Shown here in pieces: positions 29,854-40,854 of a DNA stretch of 64,000 nucleotides. The translations under genes were made by a program, and so were the position numbers. The stretch's first letter is position 1. Every line of letters begins with the position of its first letter. Source of the stretch: Gammaproteobacteria bacterium. Its GTDB lineage: Bacteria > Pseudomonadota > Gammaproteobacteria > JABHGC01. The notes under the pieces are model-generated. The model was given only the letters and a program-made list of their open reading frames with translations, had not been told where the DNA came from and did no database searches. The stretch covers positions 932 to 64,931 of the forward strand of contig JALWTS010000041.1 in NCBI GenBank assembly GCA_027077805.1, written 5' to 3'.

Positions 29854-32229
29854 ATGCTAGAATATTTAACACTTTCACAAAAATTACGCCGAGTTATTCT
29901 AATCACAACAGGTTTCGCCTTGTTATCCTCGTCATTAATTAACATTGGCATTGAAACTTATTTATTCAAACGCAATTTAGTCGAACGGATTACCGTATTA
30001 TCAAATTTTATTGCCACGAATGCGACTGCTGCGGTTAGTTTTGAAGATAAAAAAACCGCAACCGAATTGCTGAAGAATTTACAAACGGAAAGCACCATCA
30101 TAGGTGCGATTATTTATACCACTGATTGGGAATTATTCGCCAGCTACATGCGGGCAGATTCTATGGCCACCCATATTAATATGAGTAGCTATGACTGGAA
30201 ACAGCGTCATCATCAAACCTACGCTTTTAATCTTAATCATCTTAATATGCTTACCCCGATTACTTTGGATGGGGAAGGCATTGCTTATTTACACATTCAA
30301 AGCTCATTATCACAACTTTACCAATTTTTAATGCAATTTTTCGTATTAACCAGCATGATTTTTCTATTGATTATGTCAATTATTTATATACTATCGCAAG
30401 GTCTGCAATCTAAAATCTCGCAACCGATTCAAGATTTAGTCAATGCCATGCAAAAAGTGTCAGAACAGCAAGACTACAACTTACGTTTGGGACAGGAACA
30501 AGGCGGTTATCAAGAAATCAATACGATTATAACGAAATTCAACACTATGATTGCACAAATCCAAAAACGTGATAAATCCATTGCAAAATACCAACAACAC
30601 CTAGAAGAACTCGTTGAAGAGCGTACGCATAAACTTAAATTAACCATGGCAGAAGCCATAGAAAGTAAAGAAATAGCCGAGCAAGCTAACAAAGCAAAAA
30701 GCGAATTTTTAGCCACCATGAGTCATGAAATCCGTACCCCAATGAATGGTATTTTAGGCATGACGGAATTATTAATCCAAAGCAATTTAAACGCCAACCA
30801 ATCCCATCTTGCGAAAACCATTCAACAATCAGCTTTATCACTATTAGCCATTATTAATAATATTTTGGACTTTTCCAAAATAGAATCGCATAAATTATTA
30901 CTAGAAACCTTAAAATTTGACCCCAAACAACTCATACAAGAAAGTGCCCATCCATTTTACTACCAAACATCCTCTAAGGGTTTAAAATTTGAAATCGCCA
31001 TAGAAGATGACATGCCTAAGTTTCTATGTGGTGATCCAATTAGAATTAAACAAATCATTAGCAACTTATTAAGCAATGCGATTAAATTTACCAAACAAGG
31101 TGAAATCAAACTCACGGCAAGCACGAAAACGGTAGAAACCGATAATAATCAGCCCCCAAACAAATCAATATTAAGCATCATTGTCAGTGATACAGGCATT
31201 GGCATTCCGCCCTCTCGACAAGCCCATATTTTTGAATCATTTATTCAAGTCGATGGCTCGACTACTAGGGAATATGGTGGCACGGGCTTAGGTTTAAGTA
31301 TCTGTTACCAATTGGTACATTTAATGGGGGGTAAGATTGACTTGGAAAGTAACATTAATCAAGGGAGTCGATTTTGTGTGTCATTACCCTTACAACAAGC
31401 ACATATGAATGACGCATTACCCATGTATCAAAGCAATGCATTAATTCAGCAAAAACCAGAGTCTTACCCTATGTTTTACGCCAAAATTTTAGTGGCTGAA
31501 GATAACCCAATTAACCAAGAACTGTTAATCACCATTTTACAAAATTTGGGTTGTGAAGCAATCTTAGCCAAAAATGGCCGACAAGCAGTAGAGCAAGCGT
31601 TAGCACAAGATTTTGATTTAATTTTAATGGACTGCCATATGCCAATTTTAGATGGCTTTCAGGCCAGCAAAAGAATACGAGAATGGGAATTACAAACGCA
31701 AAAGAAAAAACCAATTCCAATTATTGCAATTACGGCAGATATACAAATGGAAACCCAAGAACATTGTATGTCAGTCGGTATTAATGACCATTTGACCAAG
31801 CCTTTTAGTCAAAAAGGCTTGATTCAACTCTTATCAAAATATCTCCCCGTGCAAGCAACCGTTTCTTTAAATTCAAACCCGGAAAGAGAAGAACAACCCA
31901 GCTATATTAACCCTAACACTTTCAATAATATTCCCGTTAGTATTCAACAAAAAGTGATTGAAATGTTTCTTGATAAGGGTGAAACCAGTATTGAAGCTAT
32001 CAAAACCTTATTCAAACAACAAAACTTGTCTCAACTCGCAGAAGAAGCTCATTCATTCAAGGGTTCTGCTGCGAGTTTAGGCGCAGAAGCCTTAGTCGAG
32101 TTATGTCAACAATTACAAACGGCTGGAGAAAAGAATCAGTTTACCAATATTCAAGCGTTGATTCAAAAAATTGAACAAACTTATACGCATACCTTATCAG
32201 AATTGCAACATTACAGAACTCAAAATTAA
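29854..32229 (+). CDS. Hybrid sensor histidine kinase (periplasmic sensor-HAMP-HisKA-HATPase-REC-Hpt)
   Basis: 791 aa with the H-box [11 protein letters not shown] and G boxes ([16 protein letters not shown]), a REC domain ([13 protein letters not shown]) and a C-terminal Hpt domain ([12 protein letters not shown]). Confidence 0.92.
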   Translation: MLEYLTLSQKLRRVILITTGFALLSSSLINIGIETYLFKRNLVERITVLSNFIATNATAAVSFEDKKTATELLKNLQTESTIIGAIIYTTDWELFASYMRADSMATHINMSSYDWKQRHHQTYAFNLNHLNMLTPITLDGEGIAYLHIQSSLSQLYQFLMQFFVLTSMIFLLIMSIIYILSQGLQSKISQPIQDLVNAMQKVSEQQDYNLRLGQEQGGYQEINTIITKFNTMIAQIQKRDKSIAKYQQHLEELVEERTHKLKLTMAEAIESKEIAEQANKAKSEFLATMSHEIRTPMNGILGMTELLIQSNLNANQSHLAKTIQQSALSLLAIINNILDFSKIESHKLLLETLKFDPKQLIQESAHPFYYQTSSKGLKFEIAIEDDMPKFLCGDPIRIKQIISNLLSNAIKFTKQGEIKLTASTKTVETDNNQPPNKSILSIIVSDTGIGIPPSRQAHIFESFIQVDGSTTREYGGTGLGLSICYQLVHLMGGKIDLESNINQGSRFCVSLPLQQAHMNDALPMYQSNALIQQKPESYPMFYAKILVAEDNPINQELLITILQNLGCEAILAKNGRQAVEQALAQDFDLILMDCHMPILDGFQASKRIREWELQTQKKKPIPIIAITADIQMETQEHCMSVGINDHLTKPFSQKGLIQLLSKYLPVQATVSLNSNPEREEQPSYINPNTFNNIPVSIQQKVIEMFLDKGETSIEAIKTLFKQQNLSQLAEEAHSFKGSAASLGAEALVELCQQLQTAGEKNQFTNIQALIQKIEQTYTHTLSELQHYRTQN

Positions 32230-32253
32230 TAGGTTTCAACCTAATCCCCAATT

Positions 32254-32835
32254 TCAGAGCTGAATTACTTTATCAGCCACTTGTTGTAATTGAGTTTGAT
32301 CATGACTGACCCACAAGCATGCCGTAGAATATTGTTGTAAATAATCTAATAGAAATGTTTGCATTTGTTGTTGTGATTTTGCATCCAAGTGAGCCGTAGG
32401 TTCATCCAGTAGCAATACCAACGGGCGGTTTTGTAATAAGCGTAATAATGCCAAACGTTGTTGCTCGCCACTGGACAATAAATGCACTGGTTGATCCAAA
32501 ATTTTGCGGTCTAAACCTAAAGCCTCCAATTGGGAAAACGCCAAAGTATCATCACTATTCGTGAAATGTTCCGCAACCGTGGCATACCACCAAGCACTGG
32601 TCGCAGGTAATAATCCCACCTGCTGTCGCCATTGGCTGGGTGTATAATCGGAATAAGACTGCCCTTTTAATAATAATTCGCCGGTATGTGGAATCAAATC
32701 AGCAATGGCTCGTAATAATTGTGATTTTCCGACACCAGAAGGACCGGTCAGCCCAACACATTGCCCGATATTTAGTTGTAATGAAAAATTGTTGATGGCA
32801 TGGCAGTAGAAGTTTTTTAGGCTTAAAATAGTCAT
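32254..32835 (-). CDS. Stand-alone ABC transporter ATP-binding protein (YbbL/FetA-like, short)
   Basis: 193 aa with Walker A GPSGVGKS, the signature LSSGEQQR, Walker B LLLDEP and an H-loop SHD. No permease gene is adjacent. Confidence 0.8.
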   Translation of the reverse strand: MTILSLKNFYCHAINNFSLQLNIGQCVGLTGPSGVGKSQLLRAIADLIPHTGELLLKGQSYSDYTPSQWRQQVGLLPATSAWWYATVAEHFTNSDDTLAFSQLEALGLDRKILDQPVHLLSSGEQQRLALLRLLQNRPLVLLLDEPTAHLDAKSQQQMQTFLLDYLQQYSTACLWVSHDQTQLQQVADKVIQL

Positions 32836-32858
32836 AATTTGTTTAAAACATTACCTCA

Positions 32859-33578
32859 TTATCGGCGACGATAAGCCAAATTCCAAATCGCATGCCCTAA
32901 GCGTTTCCCCCGACGCTCAAATTTTGTTTCAGGACGTGGCCAAGCGGGAATTGCTTCAAACTGAGAATGCTCACCAACGATTGCTTGAATATGTTGAGCA
33001 TAATTTCCCCAATCAGTGGCAATATACAAAAAACCATTCGCTCGCAAACGTGAGGCAATTAAATCCAGCCAAGCAGTTTGTACAATACGACGTTTATGAT
33101 GGCGTTTTTTTGGCCAAGGATCGGGGAATAATAAATATACCCCTGCAAAATCTTGTCCAATTAGACCTTGTTCTAACATCACATGCACATCTTGTTTAAA
33201 CAATTTGACATTGGTTAATTGTTGCTGTTCTAATGATAATAACACATGCCCTACGCCTGCGGAATAAACCTCAATGCCCAAATAATAATCATCAGGATTC
33301 TGCACAGCCATCGTTAATAATGACTCCCCATTGCCAAAGCCAATGTCTAAATAATAATTCGTCGTTACTGCTTGAGATTTAGTATGTTGAAACCATTGCC
33401 AAATAGGTTGCGCAGTGGCTTGTTCAACCCAATCGAAACCATACTTTGACCACAGTTGCTCTAAAGCATGGTGTTGCGATGCAGTCATACGTCCTTGACG
33501 ACGTACAAAACTACGAATGGTTTTTCCTTGCGGTTCAGACAAAAAATCGCCCATCCATTGGTGAAGAGGCACTGGCAT
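32859..33578 (-). CDS. trmB: tRNA (guanine46-N7)-methyltransferase
   Basis: 239 aa with [20 protein letters not shown] and [14 protein letters not shown]. The start is uncertain (33578 or 33554), and the gene overlaps the thiG 3' end. Confidence 0.92.
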   Translation of the reverse strand: MPVPLHQWMGDFLSEPQGKTIRSFVRRQGRMTASQHHALEQLWSKYGFDWVEQATAQPIWQWFQHTKSQAVTTNYYLDIGFGNGESLLTMAVQNPDDYYLGIEVYSAGVGHVLLSLEQQQLTNVKLFKQDVHVMLEQGLIGQDFAGVYLLFPDPWPKKRHHKRRIVQTAWLDLIASRLRANGFLYIATDWGNYAQHIQAIVGEHSQFEAIPAWPRPETKFERRGKRLGHAIWNLAYRRR

Positions 33579-34317
33579 AGCGTTTTCTGGGCATTCTACC
33601 TGCTAAATACGCTTGTCGTCCCGCAATAATGCCATTTTTCATGGCTTCTGCCATTAAAACAGGCTGATTTGCTTCAGCAATGGCAGTATTCATCAATACG
33701 CCATCACAACCTAATTCCATGGCAATGGCAGCATCAGAAGCCGTCCCTACGCCAGCATCCACTAAAATGGGCACATTAGCATGTTCCACAATGGTTAAAA
33801 TATTATACGGATTACGAATGCCTAAACCAGAACCAATCGGTGCGGCTAATGGCATCACTGCCACACAACCCATATTTTCTAAGCGTTTCGCAATAATGGG
33901 ATCATCCGTCGTATAAACCATGACCTCAAAATCTTCTTTAATTAAAATCGCCGCTGCTTCTAAAGTCGCCGTCACATCGGGATATAAAGTTTTTTCATCC
34001 CCTAATACTTCCAATTTCACCAAACGATGATCGCCTAATAACTCTCTCGCTAAACGACAGGTTCTTACCGCATCCTCCACGGTATAACAACCCGCAGTAT
34101 TGGGTAAAATGGTATATTTATCAGGGGGTAAAACTTCTAATAAACTCGGCTGATCAGGATGTTGACCAATATTACTACGTCTTATAGCAACCGTAATAAT
34201 TTCAGCCCCACTCGCTTCAACAGCGTGCTGAGTGTCGGTTAAATCTTTATATTTCCCTGTTCCAACTAATAAACGAGATTGATAATGTTTCCCCGCAATG
34301 ACTAATTCATCTGCCAT
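33535..34317 (-). CDS. thiG: Thiazole synthase
   Basis: 260 aa with [30 protein letters not shown] and [11 protein letters not shown]. Confidence 0.96.
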   Translation of the reverse strand: MADELVIAGKHYQSRLLVGTGKYKDLTDTQHAVEASGAEIITVAIRRSNIGQHPDQPSLLEVLPPDKYTILPNTAGCYTVEDAVRTCRLARELLGDHRLVKLEVLGDEKTLYPDVTATLEAAAILIKEDFEVMVYTTDDPIIAKRLENMGCVAVMPLAAPIGSGLGIRNPYNILTIVEHANVPILVDAGVGTASDAAIAMELGCDGVLMNTAIAEANQPVLMAEAMKNGIIAGRQAYLAGRMPRKRYASASSPMDGRFFV

Positions 34318-34319
34318 GA

Positions 34320-34520
34320 CTATCCTCCCCCAATTGCATGTACAATTTCAATGTTATCCCCTTCTTGTAAACAATACTCAGAAAATTCGCCTCTAGGAAC
34401 AATGATTTGATTCACTTCAATCGCAACCCGACGATTTTCTAAGTGCAAATCTTCCAATAGTTGGATGAGATTGATAGAATGCGTTAAAGACTTACATTCC
34501 CCGTTGACTGTAATCTGCAT
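34320..34520 (-). CDS. thiS: Sulfur carrier protein ThiS
   Basis: 66 aa ending in GG (IVHAIGGG). It lies directly upstream of thiG. Confidence 0.92.
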   Translation of the reverse strand: MQITVNGECKSLTHSINLIQLLEDLHLENRRVAIEVNQIIVPRGEFSEYCLQEGDNIEIVHAIGGG

Positions 34521-34594
34521 ATCATTTCCTTAAAAAATAAAGCGTAAGGTCATTGTAGCGATTTACGCAATAATGCACAATGTTTTACTAACTG

Positions 34595-36409
34595 ATGATG
34601 AAATGGACGTTTACCATGTATAACCCTGACACGCTTACCCATGTTTCTACCTTATATGATTTATTTTATCAACGCCAACAACAATCTGCTGAACAAGTTG
34701 CGTATCAATTTTACGACAAAACCAATAAAAACTGGCAAACCCAAACTTGGCAACAAATTGCCACCCAAGTTGCAAATTGGCAAGCCTCATTGCAACAACA
34801 GCAATTACAAGCGGGAGATAGAATTGCCATTTTATTAAAAAATAGTGTGGAATGGGTACTCGCCGATCAAGCGACCATGGGCTTAAATTTAGTAACGGTA
34901 CCGTTATATGTCGAAGATCGTCCCGACAATATTACTTATATTTTACAAGATGCTCAAGTCAAATGTTTATTTATCCAAGACTATAAACACTGGCAACGCT
35001 TAGAAATGTTATGTAGCAATGCCACTGACTTACAAAAAGTCATTATTATTAATCCATTAAAATCTAGCCAAACCCTTGCATCAGATAAAGTGATTAGTTT
35101 AACTGATTGGTTGCTATCAGGTGATAGCCTACAAACAGTAGATAGTAATCAAGCCAAACAATTAGCCAGTATCGTGTATACCTCAGGAACCACTGGACGA
35201 CCTAAAGGTGTCATGTTAAGCCATTATAATATGCTGAGCATTTGTTTAGCGGGCTTACAGAAAATTGATTGTGATCATAATGACAGCTTTTTATCCTTTT
35301 TACCCTTATCCCATACCTTAGAACGCACGGCAGGTTATTATCTACCAATGATGGCGGGGGCAAAAGTCAGTTATGCTCGTTCTATTGCCCAATTAGCCAA
35401 TGATTTACAAAGACTAAAACCAACGGCAATGGTCGCAGTTCCTAGAGTATTTGAGCGGATTTATGAAAAACTACAAGCCAAACTCACTCAACAATCCAAA
35501 CTCTCACAAACGATTTTTAATTTTGCGATTACCACAGGTTGGAAACATTTTTTATATCAACAAGGACGTGGCAGTTATTCCCCAAGCACCTTACTAATGC
35601 CTTTATTAAATAAATTCGTTGCCACACCATTACAACAGCAATTTGGTGGAAATTTACGCTTAATTGTTAGCGGTGGTGCGCCATTATCCCAAGATATTGC
35701 TAAAATATTTATCGCGTTAGGTATGCCAATTTTACAAGGCTACGGCTTAACTGAAACCAGTCCTGTCATTAGTGTGAATACCCCTGAACATAATGATCCT
35801 CGCAGTGTTGGTCAAGCCTTACCTGGTATTACCGTTAAAATTGGCGATAAGCAAGAATTATTAGTTAAAACGCCTGGTTTAATGCTAGGTTATTGGAATT
35901 TACCCGAAGCAACGGCCCAAATAATTGATAGGGAAGGTTGGTTACACACGGGCGATCAAGCAAAAATTGAAAATGACTATATTTATATTACAGGTCGCAT
36001 TAAAGACATTTTAATTTTATCCAATGGTGAAAAAATCCCCCCTTCCGACATGGAACTTGCCATTAGTTTACATCCCTTAATTGAACAAGTGATGATCATT
36101 GGTGAAGGTCAAGCCCAGCTTGCTGCTTTAGTCATATTACAAGCGGAACAGTGGCAAGACTTTGCCAAACAACAGCAAGTCGATCCTGATGCGACTGAAA
36201 GTCTGAGCAAGCCAGATATTCACACGGCAATTTTGGCGATTATTAATCAACAACTGCAAGATTTTCCCGGTTATGCCAAAGTTCGTAAACTACACTTATC
36301 ACTTACCCCTTGGACAGTTGAAAATGGATTAATTACCCCAACAATGAAACTAAAACGTGCTAAGATTATTGAACACTATCAGGTAATTATTGATAGCCTA
36401 TATGAATAG
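34595..36409 (+). CDS. AMP-dependent synthetase/ligase (long-chain acyl-CoA synthetase-like)
   Basis: 604 aa with YTSGTTGRPKGV, GYGLTETS, TGD and the C-terminal LKR lysine. An alternative ATG lies at 34616. Confidence 0.88.
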   Translation: MMKWTFTMYNPDTLTHVSTLYDLFYQRQQQSAEQVAYQFYDKTNKNWQTQTWQQIATQVANWQASLQQQQLQAGDRIAILLKNSVEWVLADQATMGLNLVTVPLYVEDRPDNITYILQDAQVKCLFIQDYKHWQRLEMLCSNATDLQKVIIINPLKSSQTLASDKVISLTDWLLSGDSLQTVDSNQAKQLASIVYTSGTTGRPKGVMLSHYNMLSICLAGLQKIDCDHNDSFLSFLPLSHTLERTAGYYLPMMAGAKVSYARSIAQLANDLQRLKPTAMVAVPRVFERIYEKLQAKLTQQSKLSQTIFNFAITTGWKHFLYQQGRGSYSPSTLLMPLLNKFVATPLQQQFGGNLRLIVSGGAPLSQDIAKIFIALGMPILQGYGLTETSPVISVNTPEHNDPRSVGQALPGITVKIGDKQELLVKTPGLMLGYWNLPEATAQIIDREGWLHTGDQAKIENDYIYITGRIKDILILSNGEKIPPSDMELAISLHPLIEQVMIIGEGQAQLAALVILQAEQWQDFAKQQQVDPDATESLSKPDIHTAILAIINQQLQDFPGYAKVRKLHLSLTPWTVENGLITPTMKLKRAKIIEHYQVIIDSLYE

Positions 36410-36420
36410 GACGTAACACT

Positions 36421-37443
36421 ATGACTTACTATGTGGCTTGTTGCCAAACCAATTTTGCTTGCCCTAGCAACCGTAATGACATTATAAATCGCACCAAAGC
36501 TATGGGTAAAATGTTAGAACAAACCTTAGTTGGCTATCAACCGTTTTTTGATGTTAGATTATTTACCTTTCCAGAATTTGCTCATTGTGCCCCAATTTAT
36601 GACAATATCCCGCAATTAAAACAACAACTCGCCCTAGAAATTCCTAATGAACACACCGATTATTATCATAAACTTTGCCAAAAACATGGGTGTTATATCC
36701 AAACAGGCAGTTTTATTGAATATGATGACCATTATCCAGAGGTATTATTTAATACCACATTACTCATTGGCCCGACGGGCATTTTAAGCAAATATCGCAA
36801 AACTAATCCTTGGATTCCTTGGGAAGTACATGCGAGTCCACATGATATTAAAAATTATCCTGATAATCCTTTCCCCGTCGTGGATACCGAACTTGGCAAA
36901 CTCGGTGTTGCCATTTGTTATGATTGGTTATTTCCGGAAACCATTCGTCAAATTGCCTTTCAAGGGGCGGAAGTAGTCATTCGGATTTCAGCCTATATGG
37001 ATCCTTGGGGATCAAATTCACCATTAGAATGGTGGAGTTTATTTAATCGTACGCGTGCCATAGAAAATACGGTTTATGTCGTGGCAGTCAATCAAGGGGC
37101 GAGTTTAAAAAATTATCCCCCTTTTAGTTGGCCAGGTAGCAGTATGATAGTGGATTTTGATGGTCGTATCCTTGCCCAAGCGGAAGCAGGTGCTGGCGAA
37201 AAAGTCGTGGTAGCACCGATTAATATTTCCCAATTAAGAGAAGAACGCCAACGCCGTCAAGGTCATGATATGCAAGCCCATTGTCGTAGTGAATTATATC
37301 ACTATTTACAAACCCCTTATTTAGCACCAAGTCAGCAACATCCCATTAGCGTTGAAAATATCAAGCAACGCATTCAACAATCAAAACAGCAACTCAATAC
37401 GCCAAATCATAATCTAAAATCAAAATCAAAAACGAAATCATAA
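36421..37443 (+). CDS. Carbon-nitrogen hydrolase (nitrilase superfamily, amidase/formamidase-like)
   Basis: 340 aa with the E-K-C triad in context: FTFPEF, KYRKTNPW, VAICYDWLFPE. Confidence 0.82.
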   Translation: MTYYVACCQTNFACPSNRNDIINRTKAMGKMLEQTLVGYQPFFDVRLFTFPEFAHCAPIYDNIPQLKQQLALEIPNEHTDYYHKLCQKHGCYIQTGSFIEYDDHYPEVLFNTTLLIGPTGILSKYRKTNPWIPWEVHASPHDIKNYPDNPFPVVDTELGKLGVAICYDWLFPETIRQIAFQGAEVVIRISAYMDPWGSNSPLEWWSLFNRTRAIENTVYVVAVNQGASLKNYPPFSWPGSSMIVDFDGRILAQAEAGAGEKVVVAPINISQLREERQRRQGHDMQAHCRSELYHYLQTPYLAPSQQHPISVENIKQRIQQSKQQLNTPNHNLKSKSKTKS

Positions 37444-37454
37444 GGAATGAATGT

Positions 37455-37895
37455 ATGGACTATCAACATATTCTACTCGCTATTGACTTTCCACCCAATG
37501 AAGACAATAAACTTCTGGCACAAAAGGCCTTAGAAATGGCAAAAAAATATCAGGCTAAATTTAGTGTATTACATGTATTAGAGCCTTTTCCCGATATGGT
37601 TGACCAACCTTTGTTATTAAATGAACTAGAAACTATGCAAGAACTTGCCATACAAACCTCAAAACAAAAATTACAACAATATGCCGAAACTTTAGGCATT
37701 AGCGACACGTCTTTGCATCTCAAACAAGGCTCGACTAAACGAGAAATTTTGGAATTTAGCAAACAAAATCAAGTGGACCTCATTGTAGTGGGAAGCCACG
37801 GTCGTCATGGTTTAGCCCTGCTTTTAGGTTCAACTACTGATGCCATTTTACACGGTGCGGAATGTGATGTGCTTGCTATTTATAGCCCTGCTTAA
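37455..37895 (+). CDS. Universal stress protein (UspA family)
   Basis: 146 aa with ILLAIDF and the C-terminal DLIVVGSHGRHGL..LGSTTDAILHGAECDVL. Confidence 0.88.
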   Translation: MDYQHILLAIDFPPNEDNKLLAQKALEMAKKYQAKFSVLHVLEPFPDMVDQPLLLNELETMQELAIQTSKQKLQQYAETLGISDTSLHLKQGSTKREILEFSKQNQVDLIVVGSHGRHGLALLLGSTTDAILHGAECDVLAIYSPA

Positions 37896-37951
37896 GTTAT
37901 TATTCTATAATCATTGCAAGAAAAACCAAAAGCAATACAATTGATTTGATT

Positions 37952-39898
37952 ATGAGCGATACCACCTATAGTTTAATTTTAGACGGCACTGTCAAAGCAG
38001 AAGCGGATCATGCGGAGGCAGTGGCACAACTGGCAAAACGTTTACGCTTATCCACAGAACATGCGAATAAATATTTGGCAGGGACGGCTAATGTGATTAA
38101 AAGCGGTTTATCTCAAACCCAAGCCAGACTTTATGAAAAAGTCTTACAAACCTCAGGTATTGTTTGTGAAATTATGGCAGAAAATGATCCTGATGCTATT
38201 ATTCAACGTTTAACCCCAACAAGCTACCAAGTTATCCTAGCAGGAACGATTAGCGATACCACTGATTATGACACTGCTTTAAAACAATTATGCCAACAAT
38301 TATATCTCTCCCCAGAACAAGGCAGTCAATTACTTTCAGGTATTTCAAGCATTGCCAAAAGTGGCTTAACGGAACAACAAGCCCAAACCCTAAGTGAGAA
38401 CTTAAACCAACAAGGCATTAATAGCTCATTTAAAATTGATGATGGTGAATCACTGGCACTACCGCAACGTTATCAAATTATGATAACAGGAGAATTTAAG
38501 TCTGGTACAGATCAACAACAAGCAAAACAACAACTCGCCCAACATTTACGCTTATCTGACGATCATATTGATAAAATCTTAGCGAGTCCCAATTTTGTGA
38601 TCAAAAGTGGTTTATCCGAACAACAAGCCAATGCACACGCCCAAGTGATACAAAGCTATGGCATTCATTGTAACATTCAAACTCAAGCTGAACTTAGTGA
38701 TGAAACAGAAAACTCCCAAGAACAAGGCTATCGTTTAATTTTAACGGGTGAATTGGAACTTGGTACTGATAAAGTGGAAGCACAAAACAAATTGGCAGAG
38801 ATTTTTTGCTTATCCCCCTCTCATGCCGAAAAATTACTGTCGGGTATGGTTAGCACACTTAAAAGCGGTTTACCCCAAAACCAAGCCGATCATTATCAAC
38901 AAAGATTAGCAACAGTAGGGATTAAATCAATTGTCCAAGATGCTGCGAATCCTGATGCGAATCCCATCCCTAAACCAGACAACAAAAAATTTACGCTTGA
39001 TTTTGATCCTGAGCAATTGTCGTTGGAAGCCACGGAAGAAGAAGCGGAACATATCGTGCCTCAAGGCAAAGCCAATTTCTTAAGCGATGCAGACAATGAA
39101 GAGCCAGATCAAGAAATCCAAGCCGCCCCCCCACCTGCCGAACCCCAAGGCAAAGCCAATTTCTTAAGCGATGCAGACAATAAAGAGCCAAAAGACAATA
39201 AGCAAGAGGAAACGACCGCTCAACAAGAAACAGCGAAAAGCAAAGCCAACTTCATCACCGATAATGATTATGATGATAAAGAACAAAATGCCATTACATC
39301 TGAAGCGGATAGTGCAAACACTGATAATGACTTAGAACGAGAAATCATGCAACAATTGCAACAAGCTGAAATGCAAGATTCTCAAGATAAATTATCAAAC
39401 GCTGACACTAAAAAAGACAATACCCAAAAACTATTTATCATTGGAATAGCGACAGCATTAGTACTCACATTAGCTGTCGTATTATGGGCAGTATTAAACA
39501 AATCTGACTCTGATACCCCAACTCAAACAAGCGAGAATAAAGCAAGCCAAGCCCAAACTGAACAACAACAGCGACTACAACAACGCCAAGCAATTAAAAA
39601 ATCTTTAATTGCCAATTTAGCTAAAATGCAAGCATTGCATTATAAAAAACACCAACAATATGCGGATACAGGGATTGCCTTAATAGATAGCTATTGGAAA
39701 CAATTTTATACCTTAGAGGAAGTTAAAATTGCACGCCAATTAACTAGCCTTTATGTTGACGTACAACTTACCCGTACAGGTTTTGTGATAGGCTATGCCA
39801 TTAATGATCAACGTTGGCATATTTATACTGAAAAAGGTGATCTAGGCGAACGTGAATGCGATGCCTTAGCCTATGAACTGGTTAAATGTATTCAATGA
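37952..39898 (+). CDS. Repeat-module single-pass membrane protein, unknown function
   Basis: It has four ~90-aa modules (Y.LIL.G...D...A...LA..L.LS...A..LL.G....IKSGL...QA......L...GI), an acidic tandem-repeat linker, one TM segment (LFIIGIATALVLTLAVVLWAVL) and a ~170-aa C-terminal domain. ATG 37952 follows the TTG at 37946 used by the ORF track. Confidence 0.7.
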   Translation: MSDTTYSLILDGTVKAEADHAEAVAQLAKRLRLSTEHANKYLAGTANVIKSGLSQTQARLYEKVLQTSGIVCEIMAENDPDAIIQRLTPTSYQVILAGTISDTTDYDTALKQLCQQLYLSPEQGSQLLSGISSIAKSGLTEQQAQTLSENLNQQGINSSFKIDDGESLALPQRYQIMITGEFKSGTDQQQAKQQLAQHLRLSDDHIDKILASPNFVIKSGLSEQQANAHAQVIQSYGIHCNIQTQAELSDETENSQEQGYRLILTGELELGTDKVEAQNKLAEIFCLSPSHAEKLLSGMVSTLKSGLPQNQADHYQQRLATVGIKSIVQDAANPDANPIPKPDNKKFTLDFDPEQLSLEATEEEAEHIVPQGKANFLSDADNEEPDQEIQAAPPPAEPQGKANFLSDADNKEPKDNKQEETTAQQETAKSKANFITDNDYDDKEQNAITSEADSANTDNDLEREIMQQLQQAEMQDSQDKLSNADTKKDNTQKLFIIGIATALVLTLAVVLWAVLNKSDSDTPTQTSENKASQAQTEQQQRLQQRQAIKKSLIANLAKMQALHYKKHQQYADTGIALIDSYWKQFYTLEEVKIARQLTSLYVDVQLTRTGFVIGYAINDQRWHIYTEKGDLGERECDALAYELVKCIQ

Positions 39899-40011
39899 GT
39901 TGTATTGAATACCAATGGAAGATTTAAGGCTAAGTTTTTTATAATTAATCGCATGGCAAAAAACACAAGGTCAAGGTTTAGTGGTAATGATTTAGCCCAT
40001 TTATTATGGAA

Positions 40012-40854
40012 TTAGTGCTTGTTTTTATTAAGTTTGTGAGCTTCTTCTTCCAGTATTTGTTCTTTATCATCAGCAAGCTCACTCAGGGCTTGTTTTCGCT
40101 CATCCGCATATTGATGAATATGCTCTGCAATTTTATTCACTCTATGATCCACATGCTGATCAATCATCACTTCTTTTTTACGATGAAAGCGACGAGTATA
40201 TCGTTTCGTCATAATCCGAATAAAACGGAATAAATAACCAATCACTGGAATTTTTTCAATAAACCCAAAAATTACGGTAATAATAATAAAATCAATATAA
40301 GGCTGTATCCAGTTATTCCAAAAACTGGTAAAAAAGCTAAAAATCACCGTTAAAATATTCAGTATAAAGGTCAAAAATTTTGCCACTGAGATTTTGCTTA
40401 AAAAAAACGAAAGGGTATTCCAAACACCTGACAAATACAAAATAACAGAGGTTGGAATTAAACCAATCACGGAATAAAATAATTTTTTCCAAATGTTACA
40501 ATGCTTAAAATATAACCACTGATATTTTAAATAACGTGAAATCGGCACGAATAAGGGTTGTTTCACTCGTTGATTAAAAAAAGCCGTTAAAGTATTAATC
40601 CAAGCCCGTTTAAACAATGCAATGGTAGAAGTTACCATGACTTTCTTCCATGCAACATTAGAAATCGATACGATGCCACCCTTAAAAATAAACGATTTAA
40701 ACAACCATAGTCCTCTAAGCACAAGATTTTTTAGAAACATAAGTAATGTCATAAAAGACGCATAGAAAAACGTCTGAAAATCCTCATGATACCAGACAAA
40801 ACCCGCCAATATTACCGTCATGATTCCCAAGGCAATTAAAATTCGTTTAAGCAT
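40012..40854 (-). CDS. Polytopic membrane protein with a charged C-terminal tail, unknown function
   Basis: 280 aa with several hydrophobic helices. The C-terminus is basic and then acidic (RRFHRKKEV...ERKQALSELADDKEQILEEEAHK). The gene overlaps the upstream gene by 8 nt. Confidence 0.6.
   Translation of the reverse strand: MLKRILIALGIMTVILAGFVWYHEDFQTFFYASFMTLLMFLKNLVLRGLWLFKSFIFKGGIVSISNVAWKKVMVTSTIALFKRAWINTLTAFFNQRVKQPLFVPISRYLKYQWLYFKHCNIWKKLFYSVIGLIPTSVILYLSGVWNTLSFFLSKISVAKFLTFILNILTVIFSFFTSFWNNWIQPYIDFIIITVIFGFIEKIPVIGYLFRFIRIMTKRYTRRFHRKKEVMIDQHVDHRVNKIAEHIHQYADERKQALSELADDKEQILEEEAHKLNKNKH

Noticed and set aside
34521-34594. Expected TPP (THI-box) riboswitch upstream of thiS-thiG
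   Set aside because: The upstream region is only 74 nt long and lacks the conserved CTGAGA and ACCTGA elements on the minus strand. I see no riboswitch.
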